NCBI RefSeq assembly: GCF_964194155.1
Contig: NC_135889.1
Span: 84,444,001 to 84,508,000, forward strand
Direction: 5' to 3'
Source: Cetorhinus maximus
Lineage: Eukaryota
DNA: 64,000 bases
Positions 60,397 to 64,000 of this stretch are shown here, one piece after another. The position numbers were made by a program, and so were the translations under genes. Every line of letters begins with the position of its first letter. Within the stretch, counting starts at the first letter, position 1. The notes below the pieces were generated by a model. That model saw only the letters and a program-made list of their open reading frames with translations, was not told the origin of the DNA and made no database searches.

Positions 60397-61189
60397 CTTT
60401 GAGTTAACAGTGAATTTGGGACAATTGAGGTCTAAAGAGATAACACTTAGCAAAGATTATCTACAAGATGGATATAGGTAAAGGGAGATTTGAAAATATT
60501 TTAAGTCCATGTTTTTTTGATAATATAGTAAGTGCACTGTAGCATTTTGCACAACTCATTATGATTTTACCAGCCTTTCAAGGGTATAGTATTAGCTTAC
60601 AGAAATCTAGACTAGTTATCACATATGTATTGCGCAGACAAAATATCATCAAATTGTAAAGAAAAAAAGAACACTGTCCCAGGTACAGAGGAAGTCACTG
60701 ATAATCATCAATAAATGAAGTAAGACCAAAGGAACTGCTGCAGCAACACGTATATGTTATGTGTGCTTATGTAAATGTAGCATTAATTGACTATGAACTA
60801 GAAAATGATCCAAGGTAATTCCAGAAAAAAAGTTAATGAGTAAAGTGAAAATTGACTTTTTCCACTCAGGTTCAAAAGGAAGGTATCTGAGAATATATTA
60901 AAGTGGTTTAAATGGTCAAGTATCCCAGAGTGTGAATGTGAAGAGAAGTAAGATGTTTGTACAGGAACAAAATGACATTTGGAAGCTAGAGCACAGAGAA
61001 TGCTCAAGTTTCAAAACTATGATAAACAGCCATTACAAGAGAGTGCCCATATCTAGATCAGGTACTAGTTGCTAGAAGACACTAACATGCCACAGTAACT
61101 CATAGTACCGAGAGACCACTAAGGTAGTTAGGATTATCAAGGCCTGTAAGGCCATAATTAGATAAAGATTAGCCTACTCATTACAGTAC

Positions 61190-62015
61190 AAAGACAAAGC
61201 TCAGAACAAATGCAGCAAGACCTGGACAATATCCAGGCTTGGGCTGTCAAGTGGCAAGTAAAATTCACGCCACACAAGTGCCAGGCAATGACCATCTCCA
61301 ACAAGACAGAATCTAACCATCGCCCTTTGATGTTCAATGGCATTACCATCACTGAATCCCCAACTATCAATGTCCTGACCAGAAACTGAACTGGACTAGC
61401 TATATAAATACTGTGGCTACAAGAGCAGGTCAGAGGCTAGGAATCCTGCAGTGAGTAACTCACCTCCTGACTCCTCAAAGGCTGTCCACCATCTACAGGA
61501 CACAAATCAGGAGTGTGACAGAATACTCCCCACTTGCCTGGGTGACTGTAGCTCCCACAACATTGAAGGGGCTTGACACTGTCCAGGACAAAGCAGCCTG
61601 CTTGATTGGTACCACACCCACAAACATTCACTCCCTCCACCACTGTCACTCAGTAGCAGCAGTGTGTACCATCTACAAGATACACTGCAGGAATTCACCA
61701 AGGCTCTTTAGACAGCACCTTCCAAACCAACAACCACTACCAGCTAGAAGGACAAGGGCAGCAGATAGATGGGAACACCACCACCTGGAAGATTCCCTCC
61801 AAGTCACTCACAATCCTGACTTGGAAATGTATCGCTGTTCCTTCACTGTCACTGTGTCAAAATCCTGGAACTCCCTTCCTAGCACTGTGGGTGTACCTAC
61901 ACCACATGGACTGCAGCAGTTCAAGGTGGCAGCTCACCACCTTCTCAAGGGCAACTAGGGATGGGCAATACATGCTGGCCTAGCCAGCAAAGCCCACATC
62001 CAGTGAATGAATTTT
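61190..62015 (+). mobile_element. LINE 3' fragment (same family as 7141-9858)
   Basis: atgcagcaagacctggacaatatccaggc ... ORF 61515-61958 ... gggcaatacatgctggcctagccagcaaagcccacatccagtgaatgaa. Confidence 0.9.
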
Positions 62016-62204
62016 TAAAAATCCTGTAAATATGTCAAGCATGACATCAGCTTGGTGGGATACTTTTGCAAATATGTGCAGCACAAGTTAGCCAAATATT
62101 GTAAGGGTAGAGCCTGGTTCCTCACGAAGTTAAAGTGCTCTTATAATAGCCAGAAGTCCCTTCATCTTAATGGCAGCCAAAAAACTGCAAAGTACGGACT
62201 TTGT

Positions 62205-63281
62205 AAAGCAACGCGTTACATGGCACTACCACCATGCTAAACAGATCTAGCAACTCAAGACCTGGCATCCATGAGGCACTATGGGCCATCAGCAGCAGCA
62301 AAATTGTACTCAACCACAATCTGTAAACCTCATGGTCCAGCATATCCTCCACCCTACCATTACCACCAAGCCAGGGGATCAACCCTGGTTCAGTGAAGAG
62401 TGCAGGAAGGCATGCCAGGAGCAGCACCAGTCATACCTAAAATTGAGGTGTCAACCTAGTGAAGCTACTACACAGGGCTACTTGCGTGCCAAACAGCATA
62501 AGCATAAGACACAGCCAAGCAATTCCACAACCAACAGATCAGATCTAAGCTCTGCAATGCTGCCACATCCAGTCATGAATGGTGGTGGACAATTAAACAA
62601 CTCACTGGAGGAGGGGGCTCCACAAATATCCCTATCCTCAATGATGTATGAGCCCAGCACATCAATGCAAAAGATAAGGCTGAAGCATTTGCTACAATCT
62701 TCAGCCAGAAGTGCTGAGTGGATGATCCATCTCGGCATCCTCCAGAGGTCCCCAGCATCACAGATGCCAGTGTTCAGCCAGTTTGATTCACTCCACGTGA
62801 TATCAAGAAAAGGCTGAAGGCACTGGGTAGTATAAAGGCTATGGGCCGTAACAATATTCCGGCAATAGTACTGAAGATGTGTGCTGCGCCCCTAGCCATG
62901 TTGTTCCAATGCAGCATCAACACTAGCATCTACCCGGCAATGTGGAAAATTGCCCAGGTATGTCCTGTACACAAAATGCAGGACAAATCCAACTCAGCCA
63001 ATTACTACCCCATCATTCTACTCTCAATCATCAGTAAAGTGATGGAAGGACTCATCAACAGTGTTCTCAAGTGGCACCTGCTTAGCAATAATCCGCTCAC
63101 AGGTGATCAGTTTGGGTTCTGCCAGGGCCACTCAGCTCCTGACCTCAAAACAGCCTTGGTTCAAACATGGACAAAAGAGCTGAACTCCAAAGGTGAGGTG
63201 AAAGGGACTGCCCCTGACATCAAGGCAGCATTTGACTGAATGTGGCATCAAGGAGCCCTAGCAAAACTGGAGTCAATGGGA
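62205..63281 (+). mobile_element. LINE internal fragment (same family as 7141-9858), interrupted by CR1
   Basis: KPGDQPWF, MWKIAQVCPVHK, QFGFCQGHSAPDL, DIKAAFD. Confidence 0.9.
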
Positions 63282-64000
63282 AAATGTGAGGTGATGCACT
63301 TTGGCAGGAAGAATAGAGGAGCTGAATATTATTTAAATGGAGAAAGACTGCAGAAAGCTGCAGCACAAAAGGATTTGGGGGTCCTGGTGCATGAATCATA
63401 AAAAGCTAGCATACAAGTTCAGCAGGTAATAGGCAAGGCAAATGGAATGTTGGCCTTTATTTTAAAGGGAATGGAATATAAAAATAAGGAAGTCTAACTA
63501 AAACTATACAAGGCACTAGTTAGACCATACATAGAATACTGTGAACAGTTTTGGTCCCCTTATCTAAGGAAAGATATACTGGCATTGGAGGCAGTCCAGA
63601 GAAGATTCACTAGGTTGATCCCAGGTATGGAGGGGTTTTCTTATGAGAGAGGTTGAGTAGGTTGGGACTGTACTCACTGGAGTTCAGAAGAATCAGAGGT
63701 GACCTTATTGAAACATATAAGATTCTTAGGGGGCTTGACAGGGTAGATGCTGAGAGGGTGTTTCCCATTCTGGGAGAGTCCAGGACCAGAGGGCATAATC
63801 TCAGAGCCCATTTAAGACAGAGATGAGGAGGAATTTCTTCTCTCAGAGGGTAGTGAATCTGTGGAATTCTTTACCACAGAGGGGTGTAGAGGCTGAGTCG
63901 TTTAGTATATTCAAGGCTGAGATAGACAGATTTTTAATCAGTAAGGGAATCAAGGGTTATGGGGAAAAGGCAGGAAAGTGGAGTTGAGGATTATCAGATC
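63282..64000 (+). mobile_element. CR1 LINE 3' part, runs off the window end
   Basis: KCEVMHFGRKNRG, LVRPYIEYCEQFWSPYLRKD, VQRRFTRLIPG, RGDLIETYKILRGLDRVD. Confidence 0.9.

Noticed and set aside
60191-60417. Imperfect inverted flanks (aaattcacggttaggttc / gagttaacagtgaattt) around a CR1 3' end
   Set aside because: Too short and mismatched to separate from chance or insertion-repair debris.
1-64000. CRISPR arrays, rRNA, prokaryotic operons or defence systems
   Set aside because: No regularly spaced repeat-spacer array or rRNA-like sequence seen; the window is spliced eukaryotic DNA.

Overview
Eukaryotic genomic DNA, repeat-rich, most consistent with a cartilaginous fish (shark-type CR1/HER1-like LINEs, tRNA-derived SINEs, Penelope-like and PIF/Harbinger elements). 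The organism call is inferred from repeat content only. Three host genes can be read by hand. (1) The first coding exon and CpG-rich promoter of an OSBPL11-like gene (minus, ~10.5-11.0 kb). (2) A complete 8-exon, 350-aa cytosolic glycerol-3-phosphate dehydrogenase of the GPD1/GPD1L/gpd1c family (plus, 18331-40676), with one non-canonical GC donor directly after the catalytic Lys codon. (3) The last three coding exons of LMLN/invadolysin (minus, 54256-59778). Positions 1-6174 are a near-identical direct copy of 46193-52367, which suggests a ~46 kb tandem duplication carrying OSBPL11 exon 1 and the GPD1-family gene, or an assembly artefact. Three decayed, near-full-length two-gene Harbinger transposons are present. 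The one in intron 3 of the GPD1-family gene carries a ~250-bp inverted copy of its own transposase 5' end inside the transposase ORF, a hairpin arrangement resembling maize Mu killer. Penelope-like termini at five loci carry minimal hammerhead ribozyme motifs with covarying stems. Repeat boundaries are approximate; no database searches were run.
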